A stretch of DNA of 64,000 nt, taken from assembly GCA_977017645.1 (NCBI GenBank), contig OZ360239.1, positions 26,536,001 through 26,600,000 of the forward strand, given 5' to 3'. Below the pieces are notes generated by a model that made no database searches, was not told where the DNA came from, and saw only the letters and a program-made list of their open reading frames with translations. The position numbers and the translations under genes were made by a program. Position 1 is the first letter of the stretch, and every line of letters begins with the position of its first letter. The DNA comes from Torpedo marmorata. Its lineage: Eukaryota. Of the stretch, positions 1 to 11,156 are shown piece after piece.

Positions 1-1355
1 GGGACTATATCACCTAAAATGCCCTTGATACAGAACAATCTTACACTTTTTACAAAAGATAATCAATTTTTAAACATATGGTTACAGAAAGGAATTAAGA
101 AGATAGAAGATTGTTATGAAAGAGGCCAATTGATGTCGTTTGTACAGTTAAGAAATAAATATGGAATACCGAATAATACTCTTTTTTGTTACTTTCAATT
201 AAGAGGATATTTAAGGGAAAAACTAGGTTCAGACATGTTGTTACAAAATTGTAGTGAAGTGGAAACTCTTATTAGAAAAGGAAATACTAGAAAAGTTACT
301 TCCACAATGTACTCTTTGTTACAAAGATGAGCCCTCAAACAAGGACTTCATAAATCTGGACAGAGATGGGAACAAGATCTTAATGTGATAATTGATGAAA
401 AAAGATGGTCGGATTTATGTCGAGATAGCATAACCAATACTATTAATGTAAGATATAGATTAGTTCAGTACAACTTTTTACACCAGTTATACCCTACACC
501 GCAAAAATTGAATAAAATGAAATCTGAATGATCAAATCAGTGCTTTAGATGTGGTGAAGCAGTGGGAACTTTTTTACATTCAACTTGGTTATGCTCTAAG
601 GTAAGACCCTTCTGGGTGGAACTAGGGAGTTTGTTAAAGCAAATTACGGGTGTTACACTCCCACAAAACCCTGATTTATTTTTGTTAGGGAATGTTGAAG
701 GAACTAGACCAAAATTGAAATTATCAATACATCAATTGAAATTTGTTAAAATTGCTCTAGCGGTAGCGAGGAAGTGTATAGCAGTAACTTGGAAATCAGA
801 TACAAATTTAGGTATGGAAAGATGGAATGCAGAGATAGAGTTGCATTCCATTGGAAAAAATAACATACAATATGAGAAATAAATATGGGGTATTTTTGAA
901 AATTTGGCGTCCATATATCCAGACATTAGGTATAAATATGTAAATGTGTTATTCCATACCCTAGGCCTTATGCTAACTCCCTCAAATTTAGATAATAAAA
1001 ACATTGTTGAAAACCTTGCGTCGAGCTATGAATCCCCGGGCGATCCACATAATTGTCTTTTATAAGTAATATTATATTACTTTTTTCTTTTTCCTTCTTT
1101 CTTTTGTAGATTTTAGGAAGGGGAGGGAATGTAAGGGGAGGGAGTGGGTGGAAGGTGGGTTTAGAAATATTAAGTACCGGTAATAATTTTAATTTGAACT
1201 GTTGGAAAGATGTTATAAGGGTTTGGGGGGTTAAGGGAAGGGGTAGAATACACCATGTAATACAATGTCATTTTAATAGATTTTTCTGAAGTAACAATGT
1301 ATATTATTACTGTGTGTGAAAATTTAAAATTTAAAATAAAATATTCAAAAAAAAA
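1..1355 (+). mobile_element. L1-clade LINE, 3' part (decayed ORF2 C-terminus with zinc-finger region, 3' UTR, poly-A); runs off the window start
   Basis: ORFs 19-330 and 562-882 (C-F-R-C...GTFLHSTWLC) interrupted by stops; G-rich UTR; AATAAA then A9 at 1347-1355; same family as 50482-52431. Confidence 0.88.
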
Positions 1356-2930
1356 GATTAAACTTTATACTGATGAAGTGAATATATTAAATTTGACATA
1401 TAAACCAGTCATTACTCTTTATTCTACTCAAATGCATTAATGCCCATGTGTTATGGAACAACCTCAGGAGAAATTACACTGTCGTGCAGAGTAAATTACA
1501 GGCTATCCAAATTGTTTGCCAGGGAAGCAGTGTATGGAGTGTTCATTATAAAATTTAGCAGGAGTACATTATTTGTAGCGATCACAACAGCGACTGTGCT
1601 TAGCTGTCCTGTTTGGCTGACGCCTCTGATTGTAATTAAATGGGTAAATTTATGCACGTACAGGAAGTTGGTATTGAGTTCAGCATGATTAAGTTGTATG
1701 TAGTTTTAATTAATGTCAATAGGTTTTATCAACAATCTCTTTCATTTGAACGAAGACCTCCACAGTTAGTTTGAATTAAAATTGCTGCTGTGCATATATC
1801 CTCTCTAATTATAGAAGTAAATTGGTCAATTGTTCTTTTCTTTGTTTTTCTGCACTGTTGTTGCTTGGGATTTGATATGTTGGTGTGACCTAGCAGTGAT
1901 CTGGCAAAATGCATTGCTTTGTGGGTGCAAATTTTGACCCCGCTACTGTCGGAATGAACAGGAGAGAAATATTGTCTCTTTACAAAGGTGGCTGGAAAAT
2001 TGAAGGGGTAGGAATCCATCCCACATGCATGCACTATTTCCCATTTCTTGCCGCAGAATTAAACTGGCAGCCACCAATGAGCGTTTCAACTGCCCACCCT
2101 TGAGTTTGAAGCTTGAGAATGTGAATGTGAAATGGTGGACAGAAGAGAAGGCAAGTGTCTTGGGCTCGTGATTATCAGAAACTACATTTTCGTTGATTTG
2201 AGGAATGACCAATAGCAAACGAGTTCAAAATGATTTCTGGTTTTGCAATCAAAATGCATGATTACGGCAATGGACATGATTGTTACATCCTTGCAAGAGG
2301 GTGTTTTAAGTGGGGAGGTGCATGTGATGGTCAATTTCCCGACATCATGGTAGCGTGAGATTATTCTCCCAGTGCTAATGTCACAGATGCCTGATCTTCA
2401 CAATTGAAATGAACTTGGTAACTTAACAGCATTTTGCATATTACAAATTGTAACTTTTCTGTTCAGAATGGTTGATGGTTTCTACTGCACTTCACAGATA
2501 TTTTGATACCAGACTGCTGTTTCCATTCAATCGCATTCACTGAAGGTCCCTGTGGTCTGAGGTAGATAGATTGGTGCTTTATGTTTGTGTTTCAGAAGGG
2601 CAGGAATTTCAGCCCCTTGATTTCCACCTCCCCCACTCCCACCCCGACTGACATGACCAGCACACTGAACCATTTTCCATGTTTAAGGGTCTTCATCCAT
2701 GCTGGCCAGCAGTATATTGAACAGGATGTTGCGTATTCGAGTCTTCTCAACACTTGGACATTAAAGTTATTGGACATCTCGAACCTGCACGGCATCACTT
2801 TCCATTCTTGCTGTGAAATGTTCTTGAATCCGGTTCCGTCCTGGTCACTTTATCACAGAGAGTTGTTTCACAAATTGTTCACTTTCATAAAAAACTCATT
2901 CACTCTTTTTGCTCTCCTTACTGTTTGCAG

Positions 2931-3008
2931 CCAACAAGATCTTCTTCTGAAAGTATTTCATCCAGACCTGGCTCCAGCATTCCCAGCTCACCTGGTCACA
3001 CAATATAC
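2931..3008 (+). CDS. ABLIM1: ABLIM1 coding exon (78 nt, phase 0-0): PTRSSSESISSRPGSSIPSSPGHTIY
   Basis: Acceptor ctctccttactgtttgcag, donor TAC/gtgagt; matches human PTRTSSESIYSRPGSSIPGSPGHTIY. Confidence 0.95.
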
Positions 3009-3051
3009 GTGAGTAACGATGACCAATGTCCTTGTTTTTCAATTCATAATA

Positions 3052-3270
3052 CAGTAAAACCCATGGTATCTGGAATTCAAGCAACCGGCAGCCTCAAGCA
3101 ACTGGGAAAAAATCCGTATATTAGACTTGTTTGGTGAGCAGAAATCAGCGGATCATGAGGCAGCGGATAAGTTTTAGTTAGGCATTCTAAGAGTAAGTCA
3201 AGCAACCAGAAAATACACTTATCTGACACCTGCCAATCCCCATGGGTGCCAGATACCAGGGGTTTTACTG
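3052..3270. mobile_element. Tc1/mariner-type (Tigger/pogo-like) MITE
   Basis: TIRs cagtaaaacccatggtatctgg / ccagataccaggggttttactg flanked by TA on both sides; related copy at 19661-19873. Confidence 0.85.
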
Positions 3271-3306
3271 TATGCAGAGAAATTAAAAACATCCTGTGGA
3301 GGATTT

Positions 3307-3590
3307 AGAGTCAAGCATTCTACAGCACAGAAATAGGCTCTTCAGCCCAACTTGTCCATGCTGACCAAGCTAGTCCCTTTGCTGGTATTTGGCCCATATC
3401 CCTCTAAACCTTTCCTACCCATGTACCTATCTAAATGTACTTTGAACATCACAGTTGTCCCCGCTTCTACCACTTCCTGTGGTCGCTCGTTCCATATACC
3501 ACCTACCTCTGTGTGAAGAAGGAGCCCCTCAGATTCTCTTAAATCTTTCCCCTCTCGCCTCGAATCTCTGCCCTCGACTTTTGGATTCGC
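3307..3590 (-). mobile_element. CR1 LINE 3' fragment, decayed
   Basis: acagcacagaaataggc...ttcagcccaac...ccatgtacctatctaaatg resembles the 3' ends of the CR1 copies at 55956 and 58155. Confidence 0.7.
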
Positions 3591-3971
3591 CTCCTAACAT
3601 CCCCACTGACCTTCCACACCTTAAGCAGATCTCTATTCCAAGCGGGAGGAATGTTACACTGCCAAATCGGGCGATAATAACCTTTTTCACCTCGCAATGC
3701 AGGATGCACCAGACAGCTGGCACTGCAGATGCTGCAAGAGCTCGCAGAGGGGTTTTTTAAATTTAAATGGCTCACGAGGGAAAGCAACTACTGTTCATCT
3801 GGCTTGTTGCCAGTGTGATGGGGGAATCTCCTTTTGGTAGCTATAGGCGTCAATGCAGTGAGGGTGCTGGTATTTTCCACTCCTCACAGTGTGGGTAAAA
3901 ACTCTCCCCAAAGATGCTAGATTTTATGTTAACCCTGAGATTTTTATTGGCATGTTTAGATAGGTTGTAAA

Positions 3972-4345
3972 CTCGACCAGTGCCATCATGGGCATTTGTC
4001 TCCACTCCATTCAGGACATCTTTAAGAGAGCGGTGTCTCAAGAAAGCAGCCTCTATTATCAAGGACCCTCATCACCCAGGCCAAACCCTCTTCCCACTGG
4101 AAGACGCACACCCAACATTACAAAAACAGCTTCTTCCCCTCCGCCATCAGATTTCTGAACGGACAATGAACCATAGATGCTACGTCACTTTTTTCTCTTT
4201 TTTGCACGAATTATTTATTTTTAAATATTGTATTTATGGAACCGTAATTTATAGCAATATTTGCACATGTAATGCACAATACTGCTGCTGCAAAACAACA
4301 AATTTCATGATATGTTCATGACAATAAACCTGATTCTGAATCTGA
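3972..4345 (+). mobile_element. Rex-Babar LINE 3' fragment
   Basis: Encodes RCLKKAASIIKDPHHPG; ends atgacaataaacctgattctgaatctga; same family as 34039-34497. Confidence 0.8.
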
Positions 4346-4573
4346 AGTACCTGCTCTGCCAACCTTTTCCTTGAGAGGAAAACCTCCACTGATAGCTTTT
4401 GTATGATCTTTACTCTTGGTGGTCTAAACTCAATAAACCAGGTTTGTCCCTGCTTGACCATAAATTCATGGATTATGTTTTCCTCTGGTGCATTGCTTGA
4501 AGATGAATGACTGTGTAATGTTACATATCTTCAACAAAATAAAAGTGGATCTCCAGGCAACAAATTAAGCACC

Positions 4574-4940
4574 TGTAGTCGACTGCTACGAAGAAACACA
4601 CACACGCAGTGTGGAAGGTTAAGCTCTCTGATTTATTGACGCTGGAAATGCTTCTTTTATACAGTTGGAGTTCCCGCCGTTTGGTTGATTGGTTGACATC
4701 AGCCGCATGAATAACAATAGCGGGTGGGAACGTTCTTGCATATGAATACCCTTCTTCCCCAGCCTGGTATTGATCTGTTAGCTGGGCAGCTTGGCCAGTG
4801 CCATTTTAGGGCTGCTGTCTTGTACTGCTCCAGCTTTCAACCGCGCCGGTTCGCTATGCTAAGGGTCGCGTTACAGTGTGTTATGCCGCTGTTTACTACC
4901 GCGCGCACCGGCTCGATCTCCGCGGTGGTGGGCCATCACA
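4574..4940 (-). repeat. 3' LTR of the Gypsy element
   Basis: tgtagtcgac...ccatcaca; direct repeat of 8707-9085; minus-strand TATAAAA (4655-4661) and AATAAA (4632-4637). Confidence 0.95.
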
Positions 4941-4964
4941 TGACCCGCCCCCCCCCCCCCCCCC
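4941..4964 (-). promoter_or_regulatory. Polypurine tract
   Basis: Minus strand poly-G run then cgggtca immediately before the 3' LTR. Confidence 0.85.
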
Positions 4965-4978
4965 ACAGAACCGGCGCT

Positions 4979-7900
4979 TCAGTTCATAGTGTCCATGGAT
5001 GCAGTCCCCAAAGTCTTTGGTGGTCTGCCTCTGCGCCGAGGTGCTGGCGTCTCCACAGGTTGTGTTGGGTCCGTGTGTGCCGGCTTGAGCCTGTCTGCGG
5101 TGAAGACCTCTGGTTTGCCACCGATGTCCAGTTCGAAGGTACCCCGTTGTTCTGGACGACTTGGAAGGGGCCTTCGTAGGACTTCTGTAGCGGTGGACGG
5201 TGTGGCCCTCTGCATACGAACACATACTCACAGTCTTGGAGTTCTTTAGGGATGTTGAACTTGGCTTTCCCGTGTCTGGAGGGTGGGATCGGAGCCAGGT
5301 TACCGACCTTTTTCTGCAGCCTGTCCAGGAAGGTGGTTGTATCCTCCTGTTGACCTCTGGCCGGTGGGACGAAATCCCCGGGGACCATGAATGGAGCTCC
5401 TTAAACGTGCTCGGCGGAGGATGTGTGGAGGTCTTCCTTCGGGGCTGTACGAATCCCCAGCAGTGCCCATGGCAGTTCGTCAACCCAGTTGGGGCCCTTG
5501 AGTCTGGTCATAAGGACGGCCTTGAGGTGCCTGTGGAAGCGCTCAACCAGCCCATTAGACTGCAGGTGGTATGCTGTCGTGTGGTGTAGCTGAGCGCCCC
5601 ACAGATTGGCAATGTCGGTCCGCAGGCTGGAGGTAAATTGTGCGCCTCTGTCGGAGGTTATGTGGCGTGGTAGCCCGAACCTTGCTACCCAGGACGAGAC
5701 GAGTGCCTTGGCGCAGGACCTGGTGGATGTGTCGGCCAGGGGGATTGCTTCTGGCCACCAGGTGAAACGGTCGACCACCGTGAACAGGTAGCGGAAACCC
5801 TGTGAGACTGGTAAAGGTCCCACTATGTCCACGTGAATGTGGTCAAACCTTCACTCCGTTGGCTCGAAAGGCTGCGGGGGGACCTTGGTGTGCCGCTGTA
5901 CCTTGGCTGTTTGGCTCTGTGTGCATGTCTTGGCCCACCCGCTGACTTGTTTCCGCAATCCATGCCACGCGTACTTGCTGGCCACCAACCGGACCGTGGT
6001 CCTGATTGATGGATGTGCCAGCCTGTGGATGGAGTCGAAATCTCATCGCCTCCATGCCATTGGGACGATAGGTCGAACCTGCCCGGTGGCCACGTCGCAC
6101 AGGAGGGTAGTGTTACCTGTGCCGACTGGGATGTCCTGAAGCTGCAGCCCCGTGACGGCGGTCCTGTACTGAGGCATCTCGTCGTCCTGCTGCTGTGCCT
6201 CCGCCAGTGCCACGAAATCCAGTCCGTTAGCCAGAGAGTGGATGCTCTGTCTCGACAAGGCGTCCGCGACCACGTTGTCTTTTCCCGAGATGTGCCTTAC
6301 ATCGGTGGTGTACTCCGAGACGTAAGACAAGTGTCCCTGCTGGCAGGCTGACCAGGGATTGGAGATCTTGGCCAGGGCGAACGTCAGTGGCTTGTGGTCC
6401 GTGAAAGCCATGAAAGTCTTTCCCTCTAGGAAGTACCGGAAGTGGCGGGTGGCTAAGTACAGTGCCAATAGCTCTCTGTCGAAAGCACTGTACTTTACCT
6501 CAGGGGGCTGCAGATGTTTGCTGAAGAAAGCTAGTGGACGCCAACTTCCTTCTATCTGCTGCTCCAGAACTCCACCAATCGCTGTTCCTGAGGCATCGAC
6601 CGTGAGGGCTGTGGGTGCATCTGACCTGGGGTGGGCCAGGAGTGTGGCATTAACCAGGGCTTCCTTTGCTTCCACGAACGCTCGTGCGGAGTCATCGTCC
6701 CAGGTCAAGTCCTTCGCCTTGCCGGTCATCAGGGTGAAGAGTGGGCGCATGGTTCGAGCAGCTATGGGGATGAATCTGCGATAAAAGTTGACCATCCCCA
6801 CAAACTCCTGCAGTCCTTTGGTCGTACTGGGCCTCGGAAAGTTGCGGATAGCCTCCACCTTGCTGGGTAGTGGCATGGCCCCGCAATTCGTAATCCTGTG
6901 GCCCAGGAAGTCAATCGTGCTCAGCCCAAACTGGCATTTAGCCAGGTTGATAGTAAGGCCGAACTCACGTAGGCGACTGTAGAGGCTTCGGAGGTGTTGT
7001 AGATGTTCCTGCCGGGTTCTGCTCGCCACCAGGATATTGTATAAGTAGACGAAGGTGCCGCCAGGTCTCGGCCCACCGCGTCTATCAGTCGCTAGAAGGT
7101 CTGTGCCGCGTTCTTGAGCCTGAATGGCATCCTCAGGAACTCGAAAAGCCCGAATGGAGTGATGATAGCCGTCTTAGGGATGTCGTCAGGGTACACCGCG
7201 ATTTGGTGGTACCCTCGCAACAAGTCCACTTTGGAGAAGATCATCGCTCCGTGCAGGTTTGCCGCAAAGTCCTGGATATACGGCATAGAGTAATGATCTG
7301 GAGTGGTGGCCTCGTTAAGCGGGCCATAGTTGCCTCACGGTCTCCAGCCCCCAGATGCTTTGGGCACCATGTGCAGGGGAGAAGCCCATGGACTGTCCGA
7401 CCGCCGAACGATGCCTAACTCCTCGAGCTTGTGGAACTCCTCCTTGGCCAGTTGAAACTTCTCTGGGGGAAGTCGTCTCGCCCTTGCGTGGAGAGGTGGA
7501 CCCTTGGTAAGGATGTGATGCCTGACGCCGTGTCGGGGCCCCTCCACCATGAACTGAGGGGAAAGGATTGCCGGGAACTTTGGAGTCCAGGTGCAGTGCC
7601 GGGAGCCTGGCGCCCCTCAGTGCGAAGGTTTGGAACGTTTCCGTGTGCACGAGTCTCTTGCCCTTGAGGTCCACTAGGAGGCTGTGGGCCCACAGGAAGT
7701 CCGCTCGAGGAGTGGCTGTTCCACTGCGGCCAGCGTGAACTCCCACGAGAAGTGACTGGCTCCGAACTGCAGCTCGGCCCTACGCTTGCCATAGGTCCGA
7801 ATGCTGCTGTTGTTGGCAGCCCTCATCGTGGGGCCCGCTTGCGTGCATCTAGTGTCCAAACCTGTCGGGGGCATCACGCTGACCTCTGCTCCTGTATCCA

Positions 7901-8000
7901 CCAAGAATCGTCTACCGGAAAGGCGATCCCATACGTACAGGAGGCTCTCTCGATTGTCAGCCACCGTGGCCATCAGCGATGGCTGGCCTTGTCGTTTCCC
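4979..8000 (-). pseudogene. pol: pol (aspartic protease, RT, RNase H, integrase), frameshifted and catalytically dead
   Basis: FLVDTGAE (7674-7973); SPWASPLHMVPK, FSKVDLLRGYHQI, TPFGLFEFLRMPF; LTVDASG, YSAFDRELLA, TDHKPL, NVVADALSR (6043-7029); DIVGPLP, ITSDRGAQF, SNGLVERFHR (5401-5832); YLDD mutated to YLYN at 7036-7047. Confidence 0.93.
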
Positions 8001-8665
8001 TGGAACTCACAGGGCGACTGGCATCAGCGGGTCTCAGAGCCCCATCTTTGGTGGTAGAAGCACCATCTCTCCTTGGACTCGTCCCTGCCTCTTGCCTGCC
8101 GCTCCTTTCCAGGGCCTGCCTTGGTCTGGTTGCGAGACTTCGTGACGAGCCCCACGGAAGCCGAGCACTTCTGTTTCTGCTTCCACAGAATATCTGCCCG
8201 TGCTGCGACTTTCCGGGGGTCGCTGAAATCCGCGTCAGCCAGGAGCAGTTGGATGTCCTCGGGCAGCTGCTCCAAGAACGCCTGCTCGAACATGACGCAG
8301 GGCTCGTGGTCTCCCAGGAGGGCTAGCATCTCGTTCATGAGCGCTGACGGGGATCTGTCCCCTAGCCCATCCAGGTGGAGCAGCCGTGCCCCTCTCTCTC
8401 GCCACGAGAGCCCGAAGGTCTCAGTCAATAGCTCTTTGAAGGCAGTGTAAGTGCCTTCCGATGGTGGCCTCTGGATGAAGTTGGCCACCCTGTCTGCAGT
8501 CTCTGGATCCAGGGCGCTGACCACATGGTAGTACCGAGTGGTCTCAGCTGTGATGCCCCGAATCTGGAACTGAGCCTCAGCCTGGTCGAACCACACGCCG
8601 GGTCGAACTGTCCAGAAGGTCGGGAGCTTGAGGCCGACTGCGCTGATCGCTACTTTGCTATCCAT
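7976..8665 (-). pseudogene. gag: gag with C-X2-H-X9-C-X3-C knuckle, interrupted by one TGA at 8024-8026
   Basis: MDSKVAISAVGLKLPTFWTVRPGVWFDQAEAQF...WCFYHQRWGSETR*CQSPCEFQGNDKASHR*. Confidence 0.88.
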
Positions 8666-8690
8666 CGCTGGGTTTAGATGCCGTCTAAAC

Positions 8691-8704
8691 CATCGGGGTT
8701 ACCA
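8691..8704 (-). promoter_or_regulatory. Primer binding site, probably tRNA-Trp
   Basis: Minus strand TGGTAACCCCGATG two bases after the 5' LTR, versus TGGTGACCCCGACG expected for the tRNA-Trp 3' end. Confidence 0.8.
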
Positions 8705-8706
8705 AT

Positions 8707-9085
8707 TGTAGCCGACTGCTACGAAGAAACGCACGCACGCAGTGTGGAAGGTTAAGCTCTCTTCTTTATTGAGGCTGGAAATGCTTCTTTTATACAGTTG
8801 GAGTTCACGCCGTTTGAGTTGATTGGTTGACATCAGCCGCATGAATAACAATAGCGGCTGGGAACGTTCTTGCATATGAATACCCTTCTTCCCCAACCTG
8901 GTATTGATCTGTCAGCTGGGCAGCTTGGCCAGCGCCATTTTAGGGCTGCTGGTCTTGTACTGCTCCAGCTTCCAACGGCGCCGGTTCGCTATGCTAAGGG
9001 TCGCGTTAGTGTGTTATGCCGCTGTTTAATACCGCGCGCGCCACACGATGTGCCAGCTCGATCTCCGCGGTGTCGGGCCGCCACA
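8707..9085 (-). repeat. 5' LTR of the Gypsy element
   Basis: tgtagccgac...ccgccaca; about 20 substitutions and 4 indels versus the 3' LTR by eye; TATAAAA at 8788-8794 on the minus strand. Confidence 0.95.
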
Positions 9086-9767
9086 CACCAATGGATTCCG
9101 TGAGTTATGATTTCATTTGACATGCTGACATTCAACCTTTGTGTTTTCTGCATTTGCATCTGATGTTTGCATTATGCAGTTTGTCAGTTGTGACAAAATG
9201 TTGTTACTTTGACGTGCTTTCTCAACATTGTTCTTTCCTTTGAGCTGCCAATGAGTAAAAATTATAAAGCGGGCATGTATGGGATAAACGCAGTCCATTC
9301 AGTCATTGGACACCTCTCCACCAATTTCCCGCCAAGGCCACAAGGTCATTTAAATAGCTGAGGGTGGTTTTTCAAGGCAGATGACAAGTGGTTGGAGTGG
9401 AGTAGATTGAGCTTTACTTTATACCTAGCCCTTTCTGTTCTGACATATAGATGTTTCTGCTGATAACCTTTGCGTAAAATGCAGCCAACAAATTAGCAAA
9501 AAAATCACAAAGGGGAGAAATTCTCTTTAATCTCCAGTGCTCAATGTGTGCCAGAAATTGATTGTATTAACCTCCATTCATCCAGTTACCTTGAAGCTGT
9601 CAAGATACCAAAGCACAAGCTAGGACGTTGTTTTTCGATATTATTTGTTCCATTTGAAATTCTGATCTTCATTCCTGTTTCTTTAGACATTATACTATTG
9701 TAAGCTCGCTTGTGATTGAGAAATTTGCTCACATTCTGAAATATTCTTGTATATTTTATCTTCCTAG

Positions 9768-9923
9768 GCAAAAGTGGACAATGAGATTCTTGACTACAAG
9801 GATCTGGCTGCCATACCCAAAGTTAAGGCCATTTATGATATTGAACGTCCTGACCTGATCACGTACGAGCCGTATTTTGGTGCTAAAATTGAGGATAGAC
9901 ATGAACGTCACAGTATGGGAGAG
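9768..9923 (+). CDS. ABLIM1: ABLIM1 coding exon (156 nt, phase 0-0): AKVDNEILDYKDLAAIPKVKAIYDIERPDLITYEPYFGAKIEDRHERHSMGE
   Basis: Acceptor ttttatcttcctag, donor GAG/gtatag; highly conserved ABLIM/dematin motif DYKDLAAIPKVKAIYDIERPDLI. Confidence 0.97.
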
Positions 9924-10399
9924 GTATAGTACCCCTGACTGGGAATTTCAACACGCATTGGCCTACATTTGTTTCACTAATCATTCTGGGATTAGCTTTC
10001 AGTTCTGCTGCACTAGGGATGGATAATGGACAGTGTGTCTGCCCTAGCCTTCCCAAAGAAGTTGGCAGGAAGTCCAAAGAGGTTTTGTGTTTGGAGCTTC
10101 TTTTAACACAGGATGGAAACCTGCACCCACTACTTGTGCAGTTTATCAACAGGTTGACATTTGGGAGGATGTAGATTCCAGAGGGATACAGACTTGAGAG
10201 TGATGAGAGGAGCCCCAGAAAGAGGGAAGGGAGCTGAGGTCAGTGGTCAACATATCAGGCAATTGGAGAACTCATGAAATGTAAAGAACACAAACTGAAT
10301 ACTTAAGAGAATGAAATGAAAGGAGTCTTTATTTTGTAGACCAGTCTTCTGCTGGAGAGCAAGTTAAAGAAGGACATAATTTCCTTGAATATTGTCACA

Positions 10400-10850
10400 G
10401 TATGGATGGCTCCTGGGATAAGGAGATGTTTCTGTGAGAAGATGGGCCTTAACTCACAGAAACTTTAAAAAAAAACCTGGCGATTTCATTGAAGCGTATT
10501 CTGAGAGGGACTGATAGGAAAAATGCTGAGAGGAAGTTTCTTCCAGCTAGAGATGAGAACTTTGGATAACGAATCAGCCTTTTAGGATTAAGGTGAGGAT
10601 AGGTTTAGGGTAAGTGGAGAAACTCAGGAGGGACCTGAAGGATAACATTTTCATTCAGCGGATAGCCTGTATCTGGAAAGAGCTGGCAAAGGAGTCTATT
10701 GAGTGGGTATAATTACAACATTACGAAAGCATTTGAACAGGTATATGACTTGGAAGGATTTCGAAGGATATGAGCCTAATACAGGTAAATGGAGCTTGCC
10801 CAGAAGGCCAACATAGGCAAGTTGGGCCAAAGAGTCTGTTCTGTACTCAA
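10400..10850 (+). mobile_element. Old CR1 LINE fragments
   Basis: Decayed matches to the CR1 RT C-terminus (gggacctgaaggataacattttcattcagcggatag; ...gaaggatatgagcctaatacaggtaaatgg). Confidence 0.55.
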
Positions 10851-11108
10851 TTAATTTCTTCACTAAGAGGCATCTGAATCGTTCGACTTCTCAACCTCAG
10901 AAGACTATGGATTATTTGGTCTATTCAAGTCAAGACATGGGGTTTGAGTAAGAAGGTGGAACAAATAAAGGATCAACTGAAATTTTTTTGAATGCCAGAG
11001 ATATTTGCATTTAAAACTAAGCACCAGAAATCTGAGACTAGCAAAGGGGTAGTTGTTTACAAATTGATGCGCAATGCTGAAAATTAAAAATTGATTCTTT
11101 GTTGACAG

Positions 11109-11156
11109 TCTCGGTATAGAAGAAGTGACAACAACTCAGTTTTTCAGAGTGAAACT
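11109..11156 (+). CDS. ABLIM1: Candidate ABLIM1 cassette exon (48 nt, phase 0-0): SRYRRSDNNSVFQSET
   Basis: Acceptor ttgattctttgttgacag, donor ACT/gtaagt, stop-free and frame-preserving between two phase-0 junctions; no protein match recalled. Confidence 0.5.

Larger units (their letters stand above)
4574..9085 (-). mobile_element. Full-length Ty3/Gypsy LTR retrotransposon, CsRn1-like clade, inactivated
   Basis: Two TG...CA LTRs (4574-4940, 8707-9085), 4-bp TSD CACC (4570-4573, 9086-9089), PBS, PPT, and gag-protease-RT-RNaseH-integrase order on the minus strand. Confidence 0.95.

Noticed and set aside
2581-3012. 143-aa ORF overlapping the first exon
   Set aside because: Different frame from the conserved ABLIM1 peptide; no good donor for the ttcag at 2595.
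4979-5400. env-like third ORF or chromodomain in the Gypsy element
   Set aside because: The region reads as a frameshifted integrase C-terminal tail (YEGPFQVV...DRLKPAH); no signal or transmembrane segment seen.
8024-8026. Programmed readthrough or selenocysteine TGA inside the gag zinc knuckle
   Set aside because: It occupies a spacer position, best explained as a CGA-to-TGA CpG mutation.
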